DNA from: a virus
Lineage: Duplodnaviria > Caudoviricetes
DNA length: 64,000 bases
Direction: 5' to 3' (one strand)
Virus record (IMG/VR): IMGVR_UViG_3300027766_000001
The notes beneath the pieces were generated by a model. That model was not told the origin of the DNA. It did not search any database and was given only the letters and a program-made list of their open reading frames with translations. The position numbers were made by a program, and so were the translations under genes. Below, one piece after another: positions 53,472-63,876 of the stretch (position 1 is the stretch's first letter; the number at the start of each line of letters is the position of its first letter).

Positions 53472-55190
53472 GGCGTCTAAGTAGTTAAATTCGAGGTTGT
53501 TTTCTTCAGCGTACGATTTAGCCAGTGTCGCCAGGTTCGGTGCTTGGTACACCATCCTTGCTAATTCGCCAGCATTGTTGAAACCACCGGCGGCCAAGTT
53601 CACGGCAACTTGACGGTACTGCGTATCATCCAGTCCTTCGATCTTCGTCATCTCAATCCACGTAGTCTGTTTCCCTACGTTCATGATAACCGTACCCGAT
53701 GGATATGCCCCTTCTACATCGATGTCGTTCGTTGAAGTGCGGACATACGACAACACGTTCGGCAGCTCTTGGAACATTGCCTTACCGTTGTTCGCAACCA
53801 ACTCGGTTGGCAGCATAACAATCCAACCACCCAGACCTTGCAGGTTATCATCAAGATCGGTACGCATCTGATCCGACGTAGTACCCCAGACATAACCCTC
53901 TTTGATCACGTCATAGTGCATGGCTTCGGCAATACGGGTTGGCTGTGAGGTAAAGTTACGATAGTCAGATACACCACAGAACGCGGGCACCGCCATTGAC
54001 AGGTCATTGGTGACCTCATCCATCATCTCAACCACAATGCAGTCAAACAAGTTATACACGACGTATTCGTACTTGTACGTGGTCTGCATCAGTTCGTGTA
54101 AGTCAAGCCCGTGATACCCTTCGGCCTCTTTGAACGAAAGCTTACCAATCCCATCAAGGACTTTGCTGGCAATGTAATCAAGCTTGTAGTTCAGCTCTTT
54201 ACCTTTAGCCGTACGCAGATAGTAGTACGCACACATGGAGTCAGCCCAGCGGAACGACGCCGGTGCATTCACATACGGCCATTTCTCGTAGTTAGCCAGC
54301 GGACGTTTAGTTTCCTTGATCCCGTCGTTCTTCACCTGGTGGGTTTTACCCTGGAAGTATTTGACGTTACGGTATTCTTTCGGTACCGAGGGATCACAGT
54401 AAACATCTTCGGGATTGACACCTGCCATTTCCAGACAGTTGGTAATCACCTGATAATCAAAGTCCAAGCTGTTCCAGCCGGTCATCCAGTCAGGCTTCCA
54501 TTCGTGGGCACGGGCAAACAATTTCACAAAGCCATCAGCCGGATGGTCCACTAACTCGAACTCCATTTTCAAGTTACGTGCCTGGATCACTTCACCGATG
54601 TGTTTGTGTGCACACTCATGCAACTTACGAATGATGTCCTCGTCTTTCTCCCCTGGGAAGAAGCGACGCACCACAAAGGTATACGAGCGGTCTTTAAACG
54701 ACAGCGTACACATCAGCGGTTGGTTCTTGAATTCTTCGTTGACCACATCGGTCTCGATATCGATAACGCTGACCGAGTAGGCTGACATGTTAACATCAGG
54801 GAACTGGGATTCGTAGCGTGCTTTAATAATCGAGGTCGGTTCAATGTCCGCACCGTACACATACGGACTACGACAGATCTGTTTCAGAGGTAGCGAGGTT
54901 GCACCTTTACCTAACGAACGACTGATGTGGTTGGCCAGGTTCCACTGCGGGGTAGAGAACTTCTGCAGCTTCTTCAGCTCTTCGTAATCTTTCTTATCCT
55001 GGTGATCACGAAATGCTTCACGGGTCAAGTAATAATCACGCGGCATGTCTTTTAAGATACGCGTATTCGGTGTGCGATCACCGTTAGGCTGAATGATGTT
55101 CTCTTTCACAAACAGGATATCAGACTTCCCTGACTTGCTTTGGCTGTACATTGCGAACTTACATTCGAATTTTAATTGGTCGTTGCTCAT
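53466..55190 (-). CDS. family B DNA polymerase, N-terminal subunit (3'-5' exonuclease plus motif A), phiKZ gp82-like
   Basis: ExoI VIDIETD, ExoII GWNSLDFD, ExoIII YNLFDC; polymerase motif A DIDVEGAYPS. Confidence 0.88.
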   Translation of the reverse strand: MSNDQLKFECKFAMYSQSKSGKSDILFVKENIIQPNGDRTPNTRILKDMPRDYYLTREAFRDHQDKKDYEELKKLQKFSTPQWNLANHISRSLGKGATSLPLKQICRSPYVYGADIEPTSIIKARYESQFPDVNMSAYSVSVIDIETDVVNEEFKNQPLMCTLSFKDRSYTFVVRRFFPGEKDEDIIRKLHECAHKHIGEVIQARNLKMEFELVDHPADGFVKLFARAHEWKPDWMTGWNSLDFDYQVITNCLEMAGVNPEDVYCDPSVPKEYRNVKYFQGKTHQVKNDGIKETKRPLANYEKWPYVNAPASFRWADSMCAYYYLRTAKGKELNYKLDYIASKVLDGIGKLSFKEAEGYHGLDLHELMQTTYKYEYVVYNLFDCIVVEMMDEVTNDLSMAVPAFCGVSDYRNFTSQPTRIAEAMHYDVIKEGYVWGTTSDQMRTDLDDNLQGLGGWIVMLPTELVANNGKAMFQELPNVLSYVRTSTNDIDVEGAYPSGTVIMNVGKQTTWIEMTKIEGLDDTQYRQVAVNLAAGGFNNAGELARMVYQAPNLATLAKSYAEENNLEFNYLDAA

Positions 55191-55289
55191 GCGGTTTCTA
55201 ATCCTATGTCAACAAGGGTCGTTACAGCACCCTTCTAAGAAGGCTATAACATCACTGGCCGCATTATCTTTTTACACAGGAGAACACCC

Positions 55290-56546
55290 ATGCAACTTGG
55301 CAGTGGCTTAGAAGCCATCGCATTCCAACGCACCCGGCCGCTGTTTAAGCTGCTCACTGCTGAAGTGCAGAAGCTGATGGACCAGATGAAGGCGGATGAC
55401 GTTGTCGTATTAACTGATAAAATGTTAGCCGGTACTAAGATCGCTGAACTGTTGCAGGTGGGTAGCGGGTTTAAAAAGATTACGCTTGTTGCAGACCAGT
55501 CGGCACCGATCAACGCCTTCACTAACCTGATCACCCTGAGTAACATGCATGCGTTTCATGATAGCTTTACCCGCATGGTAATCAGCCAAGCCGATGCTTA
55601 CAATTTGTTCCGTCAATGTAACAACGTGCTGCAAGGTCAGGTCGATCTGGAAACCGGTACCGTCAGCGGTGACTTCGCCAAGATCCCGATCACCATTGGG
55701 ATGGGTAGTCAGATGTTGAATCCGAAATACGGGTTCACTGCTGAAGAGATCGCAGCGGTGTATCTGCATGAGGCTGGGCATGATGTTACCTATTGTTATG
55801 CGCTCCATTACACCTGTACTACCAACCTGGTGTTGCAGCTGGGTGCTAAGGCCATTGTCGCTGCAGATGATGTTAAGCAAAAGCACGCTATCATGTCAGA
55901 CGTGGCCAACACGTTGGGTATCCGTATTGATAACATGGCTGACCTCACGAACTATGACAAGTTCGAGAATTACTACATCACCATGCTCAGCCTTTACCGT
56001 AAGAAAGTCTACGATGCATTGGGTGCGCCGTCTTACAGTTCGAATATGTCAGAGCAGATGGCTGATATGTACGCTGCACGCCACGGCGCGGGTAATGCGT
56101 TGGTGTCGGGCCTCAACCGTATGAACAAGTTGTTTGTTCCTACGTTTAAACAGAAGCTCGAGTACAACTTAAAGACAACGCTTGCTTTCATTCTGTTTAT
56201 GCCGTTTGTGATTCCAATGATGGTTGTGGGTCTACTGACCAATGACTTTATTGCGGGGACTTACGATCTGGATAAAGACCGTTTCATTCGTATTCGTAAT
56301 GAGGCGATTGCCAGCCTGAAGGACACCCAGCTCACGGCTTCAGAGAAGAGAACCATTCTCAATGAAATCGAGCAGATGAACAAAATCATTGCCGAGACAG
56401 ACAACGATTGGTCTGTGCCGGGTCGCATTGCTATTTTAATTCGCAGCAGTCAACGTGACCAGATGCGTAACAAACGTCTGCAGCAAGACCTCGAAGCTTT
56501 GTTAAACAACCCGCTGTACGCCACAGCAGCCAAATACTCCGTATAA
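55290..56546 (+). CDS. virion protein with M48-like zinc metallopeptidase motifs (phiKZ gp83-like)
   Basis: YLHEAGHD, SEQMADMYAARHG.G.AL.SGL, hydrophobic segment LAFILFMPFVIPMMVVGLL; TATG at 55205; AGGAG RBS. Confidence 0.65.
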   Translation: MQLGSGLEAIAFQRTRPLFKLLTAEVQKLMDQMKADDVVVLTDKMLAGTKIAELLQVGSGFKKITLVADQSAPINAFTNLITLSNMHAFHDSFTRMVISQADAYNLFRQCNNVLQGQVDLETGTVSGDFAKIPITIGMGSQMLNPKYGFTAEEIAAVYLHEAGHDVTYCYALHYTCTTNLVLQLGAKAIVAADDVKQKHAIMSDVANTLGIRIDNMADLTNYDKFENYYITMLSLYRKKVYDALGAPSYSSNMSEQMADMYAARHGAGNALVSGLNRMNKLFVPTFKQKLEYNLKTTLAFILFMPFVIPMMVVGLLTNDFIAGTYDLDKDRFIRIRNEAIASLKDTQLTASEKRTILNEIEQMNKIIAETDNDWSVPGRIAILIRSSQRDQMRNKRLQQDLEALLNNPLYATAAKYSV

Positions 56547-56557
56547 AGGAAATGAAG

Positions 56558-57055
56558 ATGATCATCGTAAATGCAACAACTTTAAAAGCCAACGTCATTG
56601 CTGTGCGCGGTATGGGTGAGATCCCGTCAACCCTGCGTGAAGATCTGGTGATCTTTGGTCTGGCCCGTGTGATTGCGTACGGCACTGCAATTCCACCTGA
56701 GCCGGTGGCTAACCCGGTTGCGTTCTTTGATGAGAACTCCGGTGAAGTCAAAGCAACCGTTGCCCAGGTTAACGAGAACACCGTGCTGAACCTGCGTAAA
56801 GTGGTTGAGCTTGCCGGTGTGATCTACCGTGCCCGTTACGATATGGTGCACAACTCTCTGAGCCAACCGGCGCAGGCACTCTGTCAGCAGGCACTGGTCG
56901 CCAGCGGTCAGTACAACTTCCCGCAGGCTATCGCCGATGCACTGTCGCAGTCTGAACAGTCTGATGACCTGGGTCGCTCCATTGGCTTCGCTCTGAACCT
57001 CTTTGCTGTTATCAGCGTACCGGGTGCAGGCGACGTTACCACTGACGAAGAGTAA
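56558..57055 (+). CDS. virion structural protein (phiKZ gp84-like position)
   Basis: AAAGGA RBS; host-optimal codons. Confidence 0.65.
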   Translation: MIIVNATTLKANVIAVRGMGEIPSTLREDLVIFGLARVIAYGTAIPPEPVANPVAFFDENSGEVKATVAQVNENTVLNLRKVVELAGVIYRARYDMVHNSLSQPAQALCQQALVASGQYNFPQAIADALSQSEQSDDLGRSIGFALNLFAVISVPGAGDVTTDEE

Positions 57056-57064
57056 GAGGTTGCC

Positions 57065-58459
57065 ATGTCTTTAGAAATGATTACGAGCTTCATGCAACCT
57101 AACGGCAATGTGCCGAAGTCTGCGCTGACTGTGGTGAAGAAGCCCAACAACGAAGTCGAAACCATTCTACCGGGTGATGACAAAGCCATCACTGCTTCAC
57201 TTGAAGCTGTGCGTGAAGTCATCGTGCTGCGTGACCGTGTTGCCAGTGAAGGTATGTCGCGTGAAGTGATTCGTCAGCTGCAGATGGTTGCACCGTCTGC
57301 CGTGCCCAATGGCTACGGTCTGGAAGCCTTTACTGAGCTGCCAACCAACGTCATGATGAAAGCCGGCATGGAGTCCATGACGGCAACAGTGCTCGATGCG
57401 CTGAACAAGCTGATCAAGTTCCTCATTGAGAAACTGAAAGTCGGTTTTAATCTGCTGATCGATTCGTACAAGTCACTGACCGGTATTTCACCTTCGGCGT
57501 ACAAGCTTGCTAAGCAGGAAGTGTATGCGGATGCCATGATGAAGAACTGGCGTACGGTGATGGGGTCGGATCTGGATGAATGTATCCTCGCGTCTCTGCG
57601 TGCCAGCTCGACCGATGAAGTCGGTGCCCAGTTAACCATCGACGGTTTCTTTAATGACACTGATGGTATCTGTGACAACCTCATTGCATTCGAACCGCTG
57701 ATTGCACAGTTGCAACGTGCCACTGAAGACCTGCTGGTTGAATCCGGCATCAACATGGCTGCGTACAACCGCATCGTGTCCTCTAATCGTCAAGCAGCAT
57801 CTGACGAAGACATGGTGAAAGCAACACAGCGCGTCAGAGGGATGATCGATACGCCTAACATCCAGAAGATCAGTAAGCTGCTGGAACAGTTAGCGAAGAA
57901 GGTGGTCGAGTCTAAGCTGTATAAGCCTGATGACAAAACCGGCAAAGCCATCGTTGACCGTCTGCGCAGTGAGCGCTTCCGTGATATCCTGGTCGGTCTG
58001 CATGATGCGTGTCGTCAGCAGCGCCCCCTGGTGCTGAAGTCCACTGAAGGTTTCATTGAAGCCAAACAGCAGAACTTCGATCAGATCGTTGATCGTCTGA
58101 AGAACTTCACACCGGTTGATGCTAAGAACGCCCGTGAGTTCAAGCAGGAGCTGGATAAGCTGTCTGTGCAACAGAGTCTGGTTGCCGGTGACATCAGTGG
58201 CTTCCCGCAAGCTTGCGCTGACTTCCTGAATCAGCAGAACGACGTGAAGGCTGTGGTTGATGTGGTGCGTGAAATCACCGCCAACTACGCCGAGACCGTG
58301 TTCAAGATGACGGCGTTCCGTAACCGTGTGCGTCAGATCAAAGTCGTGAAGATGGTTTCTGATGATCCGGCGTCACAGGCCTTTGAAGCCAACGAAGAGC
58401 AGATGGACAAAATCCGTAAGTTCGTCAAAGACTGGATCACCCGTGCCACGTCGCTGTAA
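57065..58459 (+). CDS. internal head protein with processed propeptide
   Basis: SLE, GLE and GME (S/A/G-x-E) prohead-protease-type sites in the N-terminal 105 aa; paralogous N-terminus with the next gene. Confidence 0.65.
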   Translation: MSLEMITSFMQPNGNVPKSALTVVKKPNNEVETILPGDDKAITASLEAVREVIVLRDRVASEGMSREVIRQLQMVAPSAVPNGYGLEAFTELPTNVMMKAGMESMTATVLDALNKLIKFLIEKLKVGFNLLIDSYKSLTGISPSAYKLAKQEVYADAMMKNWRTVMGSDLDECILASLRASSTDEVGAQLTIDGFFNDTDGICDNLIAFEPLIAQLQRATEDLLVESGINMAAYNRIVSSNRQAASDEDMVKATQRVRGMIDTPNIQKISKLLEQLAKKVVESKLYKPDDKTGKAIVDRLRSERFRDILVGLHDACRQQRPLVLKSTEGFIEAKQQNFDQIVDRLKNFTPVDAKNAREFKQELDKLSVQQSLVAGDISGFPQACADFLNQQNDVKAVVDVVREITANYAETVFKMTAFRNRVRQIKVVKMVSDDPASQAFEANEEQMDKIRKFVKDWITRATSL

Positions 58460-58468
58460 GGAGCTAAC

Positions 58469-59728
58469 ATGACTACCTTAGCGGACTCTATCCGTAGCAC
58501 GATTAACCTGACCGATGATCTCATTACGTTACTGCAACGCGCTGAGATGCTGGAGACGTTAACCAAAGAGCACACTGAGTTCTCTGGGATGTACGACAAG
58601 ATCCGTGACAAGATCATGTTCATCACCGGCTCCATGGAGTCAATTGATGAGCACGGGATTTCACAAGAGATCATTACCAGCATCCATGTGCAATTGCCAG
58701 GTATCGCTGAAGAGGTACCGGTCAACGGTTACACCCAAGCACTGTCCAGGCTGAACGTGGGTTATGCACTGGAGTCGCTGTCAGACGGTAAGCAGCATCT
58801 CATTGCCGGTGGTATCAGTGGTGTCATTGTTATCATCATCAAAGCACTGAAGTGGTGTCTTGCCACGCTCAAGGGGTATCTGAAGTCACGCCGTGAAATC
58901 AACCGGGTTGGTTTAGCGGTAACCGGGAATGCCAATCGTCTGGGTGCGACTGACACACCGGCAGATATCCTTGATCGTCTGACCAAAAGCAAAGACTTCA
59001 TCGATGCGGCAAACGGCTATAACTGGCTGATCTCTATCCGTGAAGAAACGGATGCGCCGTTTACCTTTGATAGCAACGCGCTTACCGAATGGTGGCCCGA
59101 GTTGTCAAAAGAGATGGTGTATGAGTTTGAAGCCATTAAAGCCATGTACCAGGCCATGGGTGAAGGTGTCCTCATCAAACCCAACGTGTCGACTGTCAAA
59201 GACTCGGCTGCCTTCTGCCGTTTCTTTAAAGCCCTGCCACAAGGTGTGGGTCGTGACGGGAAACCGTTTAGCCGGGATGCCGCGGTCACCGATTTCCAGC
59301 GCAGCCCAACTGTAGCACTCACCAACCTGAACTCCCGTCTGGGTCAGATGTTCTTGTTACCCAAGATTGATGACAAAGACGCGATGGCACGTAACCTGAT
59401 TCGTATTGGTCGCAGCATTGAAACCTATACGTTGATTGACCGTGTGGTGTACGACGGGTTAAACAGTGTGGAAGTCAACCATACCTTTGACCGTCTGCAT
59501 ACCGAGTTCAGTGCGTTCTACAAGAGCTTGCAGTCGCAGAAGTACACGGCGCCGCAAGATCACGTGGATGCCTTTGTTCAAGTGGTGAACAAGTACGCTG
59601 AGAAGATGAACTGCTATTCTCGTCTGATCACCGTGGTTGCCTACCTGGATTCCATGAGTTACACGGCCGGTGCCTCACTGGCTGAGTTCGTGGCACGCTG
59701 GACAGCAGAAATGGAAAGTCGCATATAA
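58469..59728 (+). CDS. internal head protein, paralog of 57065..58459
   Basis: SME and ALE sites; G.S.EII ... GYT.ALS.LN.G.ALES aligns with GMSRE ... AFTELPTN...GMES. Confidence 0.65.
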   Translation: MTTLADSIRSTINLTDDLITLLQRAEMLETLTKEHTEFSGMYDKIRDKIMFITGSMESIDEHGISQEIITSIHVQLPGIAEEVPVNGYTQALSRLNVGYALESLSDGKQHLIAGGISGVIVIIIKALKWCLATLKGYLKSRREINRVGLAVTGNANRLGATDTPADILDRLTKSKDFIDAANGYNWLISIREETDAPFTFDSNALTEWWPELSKEMVYEFEAIKAMYQAMGEGVLIKPNVSTVKDSAAFCRFFKALPQGVGRDGKPFSRDAAVTDFQRSPTVALTNLNSRLGQMFLLPKIDDKDAMARNLIRIGRSIETYTLIDRVVYDGLNSVEVNHTFDRLHTEFSAFYKSLQSQKYTAPQDHVDAFVQVVNKYAEKMNCYSRLITVVAYLDSMSYTAGASLAEFVARWTAEMESRI

Positions 59729-59729
59729 A

Positions 59730-59788
59730 GCACAGAGGCCTCCTCTCCCCGTGAAGGGAGAGGAGTGCCCCTTATGCCGATTATGCCG
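59730..59788. terminator. bidirectional terminator with tandem TTATGCCG
   Basis: CTCCTCTCCC-cgtgaa-GGGAGAGGAG then TTATGCCGA-TTATGCCG. Confidence 0.8.
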
Positions 59789-62735
59789 TGAGGTTGGATT
59801 TGGAATCGCTGTGTTTCAGGAAGTTCACGGTGATGTCTTCTACCACGGTCAAGCCGCCGTTGGAAGTCACATCGAGACGCTTCTTGATTGCACAACGCAG
59901 GGTTGGGTCAGACACGGTCAGTACCTGGATATCCTGATCTGGACCAAAGCCCGGGATACGAATGTCCACGATATCGCTGGTACGGTACTGACGCAGTGCA
60001 TCCACGGTATCGCTGACAGAGAAGGTTTCCTGTGCCAGGATATCCGTAATCACCGTTGGGATCACTGACTTGAGGTTATCACGCAGAGACGTGTTCTTGT
60101 AGCCGGTATCGGTCAAGTACACATCAAAGGAGAACGCCACCGCAGCAGAGATCTGGCGAGCTTCTTTGGCATTCGCTGTCACATCAATGTAGCCCAGCGT
60201 TTGCTTCGGACGGAACACCACCTTGGTGAGGTTAAGCAGCTTCTTCGTCACCACAGGCATGTCGTTGGTTACCCACGACACCAACTGATTGATAACATCC
60301 GTGATGTACGTGGCATCCAGGGAGTTACTGGAGAAGTAGTACGCCGCATCCAGACCTACCATGTCAAACTCATGGAGCACAACACGCTGGTTGATTGGAA
60401 TTGGGTTACCCTGGTCATCGTACTTCACATCACCCTTGTGATAACGGATCATGGTCTGGCCTTCTGCATCGAGACGCAGATCACCTTTGGCATGCAGCTT
60501 GATCGGGTTACCTGATGCATCAAACACCAACTGCTGACGATCGTCACGCTCCCACTCATCCGCCTCGTAACGCCAGAACACATCTTCCTCGTATTTCTTG
60601 TACGCCACATCAGACGGCAGCGGACGAGCACGGGTATACATGTTGTCCAGGGCATCACCAAACTTCAGCTGGTAACGCTGTTCAGTTACTGCCACCATTT
60701 CACGATCCAGGTATTCCCGACCCAGCAGCTTATCACTGTCCGACAGTACTACGTCGTTCGGTGACTTGTTCTTGCTGATGCAGTTCAGAATGGTAAACGA
60801 CCCTGACATCGGTGTTTTCAGTTTCGATGGCAGGTTACCAAACTGACCAAAGGAGGTCAGGATCAACTGGTTCGCTTCGGTGATATCCATGTTGGACGTT
60901 AACTGGAATTCCCAGACACGTTCACGGGTGTCAGTGCGACCCACGATCTTGCCGTTCAGATACGCATAGCTGCTTTCCTCATCCGGTAGGAACAACATCT
61001 GCATCATCACGTCAGCATCATCCAGGTTCTTGTAGTAATCCCCGGAGGCAGTCGTCAGCTTCAGCACATACCCGTTGTCGCCTTTGGCAAACGCGTAGTT
61101 ACCGATCCCCACTTCCACACCAACGGAGTTGTTCTCACTCAAGAACTCACGGTAGGCCACTTCCGGACGGTCCATGTCATAGACGCGGGTCACGAACGCA
61201 TCGTTGTTGGCATCCAGCACATAGTAGAACGGACTGTACAGGAACAGGCCTTTGTTGATCATGACGGCAACGTCTTCGACTTTGCTGCCATTGATCTCAG
61301 CCATCCGGGCATTGGACACCATGGTGTATACACCGTCCACCACTTCGTACAACGCTTTGGGTGAAATGGTAATCCGATTCCCGTTGTCGTGTACTGCGTT
61401 GTTGGTGACCAACTGCTCCATGGTCATCTGTGCTGTGATAATGCCTGTGCCCACTGCAGTAGTGAGTTTCTTGTTCAACTGCGTTCCGACCATGCGGCTT
61501 GCCTGGTAGGTGCGGCTGGTTACAAGGTCTTCCACTTTCAGCACGTCATACCCAAGCTTACTCAGGGTGGCGTTAATCTGACCCGGGGTAATTGGGATAT
61601 CCGTTTGGTTACCGTCGTAGATCACCTGGTTACGCAGATCTGCAAACGACATGGCATTGGTACCACCTGACAGCGTGCCATTCGTGAGAATCGTCTTCTC
61701 GTTGAACACCGTGATCGGTGTAGAAAACTTATCGAGCTGACGCGACTCGTAGTTGAAGTCTAACCACTTAGCCGCAATCTGTGCCCCGGTCACCACTGTC
61801 GGTTCCAGGTACAAGGCGCCTTTTGAGGTATAGATGTCAACACGCACCTGACGCCCAATCCCCACACCGTTGGATATATAGATTTCGGGCAGACGCACTT
61901 CAACGGTATTCTCCAATACCTTCAGCACAAACGTTAAACGGTTAATGTCAAACGTTTGATCGCTGTGGGTGGAATAGGCTTCATCCCAGTCAGCATCCGT
62001 GGAGGTACGCGTCCAGACACGAGCATAGTAGAAGTAATCCCCGTTTAAGGAGAAGGTGTTCTTGTACGCTGTGGCGGCTGTGATCATCCCGTAGTACGGC
62101 GTCGCTGTAAACTGACGCATGCTCAATTCGATGTACAAGTACTCGACGTTGTTCATCGTGGCAATGCGCCAATCGATCTGGTTGGTTTCCAGTGTCAGCA
62201 GCGGAGTGGGTTGTGAGACGTCCCACACCACCATGAACCCGCCGTGCTTCATCACACGGATCTCCAGTGGATACTCCTGACTGAAGTCCGCACCTGCCAC
62301 ACTGTAAACCGAGTTACGTGGGAAGACCAGTTTCGAGTAGACACTGTCAATGTCGTCGTTGGACGATTCGGCAACCCGCACAGCACGCTGGCGCACTTCC
62401 TCGGCGTTGAGGATCAACACAAACGGCAAACGTGATGGTGTGGAGAAACGACCGTCGTAGTCTTCATCGGACATGTGACGGTACAGGTCTTCCTGGCTGT
62501 TGGCTTGCACTGGATAGAAACCGGCGATGGTATCGGCCATTGCCTGCATGCTGGCCGCGTTCATCAGTGCCGACATTTCCATGGCATACCAGAACGGGTG
62601 GTTGGCATCGGGAATATCAATCTCACCGTTCATGGCTTTGTCTAACAGATCCATTGAAAGATCCATCATGCTTGACGGATCATACCGCACGGCTAAAATG
62701 CGGTCCTTCACCGACAGATTTAGTAAGTCACTCAT
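59781..62735 (-). CDS. large virion structural protein, probable baseplate wedge (phiKZ gp87-like)
   Basis: 984 aa, beta-rich; GGTNAMSFADLR resembles the GG...E....R motif of gp6/gpJ-type wedge proteins; synteny. Confidence 0.65.
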   Translation of the reverse strand: MSDLLNLSVKDRILAVRYDPSSMMDLSMDLLDKAMNGEIDIPDANHPFWYAMEMSALMNAASMQAMADTIAGFYPVQANSQEDLYRHMSDEDYDGRFSTPSRLPFVLILNAEEVRQRAVRVAESSNDDIDSVYSKLVFPRNSVYSVAGADFSQEYPLEIRVMKHGGFMVVWDVSQPTPLLTLETNQIDWRIATMNNVEYLYIELSMRQFTATPYYGMITAATAYKNTFSLNGDYFYYARVWTRTSTDADWDEAYSTHSDQTFDINRLTFVLKVLENTVEVRLPEIYISNGVGIGRQVRVDIYTSKGALYLEPTVVTGAQIAAKWLDFNYESRQLDKFSTPITVFNEKTILTNGTLSGGTNAMSFADLRNQVIYDGNQTDIPITPGQINATLSKLGYDVLKVEDLVTSRTYQASRMVGTQLNKKLTTAVGTGIITAQMTMEQLVTNNAVHDNGNRITISPKALYEVVDGVYTMVSNARMAEINGSKVEDVAVMINKGLFLYSPFYYVLDANNDAFVTRVYDMDRPEVAYREFLSENNSVGVEVGIGNYAFAKGDNGYVLKLTTASGDYYKNLDDADVMMQMLFLPDEESSYAYLNGKIVGRTDTRERVWEFQLTSNMDITEANQLILTSFGQFGNLPSKLKTPMSGSFTILNCISKNKSPNDVVLSDSDKLLGREYLDREMVAVTEQRYQLKFGDALDNMYTRARPLPSDVAYKKYEEDVFWRYEADEWERDDRQQLVFDASGNPIKLHAKGDLRLDAEGQTMIRYHKGDVKYDDQGNPIPINQRVVLHEFDMVGLDAAYYFSSNSLDATYITDVINQLVSWVTNDMPVVTKKLLNLTKVVFRPKQTLGYIDVTANAKEARQISAAVAFSFDVYLTDTGYKNTSLRDNLKSVIPTVITDILAQETFSVSDTVDALRQYRTSDIVDIRIPGFGPDQDIQVLTVSDPTLRCAIKKRLDVTSNGGLTVVEDITVNFLKHSDSKSNLTA

Positions 62736-62749
62736 ATCAGCCTCTAAGC

Positions 62750-63823
62750 TTAGAAGTCACCACGGAAACTGCTCTGCGTGGTAGCTTTAGGGTTGGACAG
62801 GTTAAGGTCCTTTGGAACCCACCATTCAAATTCGTTGGTATTGAGATCGATGCGCGGATACCCGACGAAGTTGTACACAGCGTATTCCTGCGGTGTTAAC
62901 TTGCGGTAGAAGTTCGTGCGGTTACCGTCTTTCATCTGCGGGTTGAACATGGTGACACAAGAGTTGAAATCTTGAATCAGCGACATGGTGTTATACCGGA
63001 ACCCGACACATGACCACTGGCAACTGATCTGGTTGTTGGCTTTGATCAGCGGTGTGTCTTTGGTGGTCGCATAATCAAATGCCGCACCGATTGGGTTGGT
63101 ATTACAAATCGCAGAATACGGCGCACCGATCTTGGTCACGTAGCGATACGTTTGATCGAGCACCACACGGTAGATGCGCATGGTGTAGTCGATGTAGTTG
63201 TTCACGATCGCATCCCAGTACGGCACCATCTCACCCAGGTACACCGCTGACCCATAGGTCTGCAGCAAATCCAGGATCATGGTCACCGGGTCACCCGAGA
63301 CGTTACCAAAGGACGCACTCAACTGATACGCTTCATTGAACTCCGATTGACCATCGATCATCTGCCAGGTTTCTTTACGTGCACCGGGTGCTGCGGTAAA
63401 CAAGTCCACCACAATATCCGGAAAGCCCGTTAACGATTCCAGCGTGTTACCCAGGATTGGAACGAAGGCTTGCGCATTATCAAACAGACGACTGTAGGAT
63501 TTACGCTGCACGGTTCCGATCGCATCGAACATTGATCGTATAGCACCGGGAATTGTATCCGGGTTATTTGTGGCCAATGCGTAGAGCTTTTCTTTCCGAA
63601 GAAGATTATCGTATGATAAGTTAAGAATCGGCCGTGTGAAGAAGGTATATCCCATCACGTCACGGTTTATCGGAAGAAATGCCGCGCGGTTACTAAACTT
63701 GTTATAGCCGTAGTAGTTATTTGCAAGAGCGGATGAGACGCTTCCGTGTCCGGCCGCCCGTGCTGCTGCGTCGATTTCATCCATCCATAGGTTCGGGTTA
63801 AAGGTGGTGCTATCGTCGGCCAT
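62750..63823 (-). CDS. virion structural protein, tail-tube/baseplate-type (phiKZ gp88-like)
   Basis: GYTFFTRPILNLS, LESLTGFPD, IDYTMRIYR; synteny. Confidence 0.65.
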   Translation of the reverse strand: MADDSTTFNPNLWMDEIDAAARAAGHGSVSSALANNYYGYNKFSNRAAFLPINRDVMGYTFFTRPILNLSYDNLLRKEKLYALATNNPDTIPGAIRSMFDAIGTVQRKSYSRLFDNAQAFVPILGNTLESLTGFPDIVVDLFTAAPGARKETWQMIDGQSEFNEAYQLSASFGNVSGDPVTMILDLLQTYGSAVYLGEMVPYWDAIVNNYIDYTMRIYRVVLDQTYRYVTKIGAPYSAICNTNPIGAAFDYATTKDTPLIKANNQISCQWSCVGFRYNTMSLIQDFNSCVTMFNPQMKDGNRTNFYRKLTPQEYAVYNFVGYPRIDLNTNEFEWWVPKDLNLSNPKATTQSSFRGDF

Positions 63824-63876
63824 TCCTGAGTTCCTCGAAAATCATTTTAAATTTGTCTCTGAAAGGAGTGACGTAT

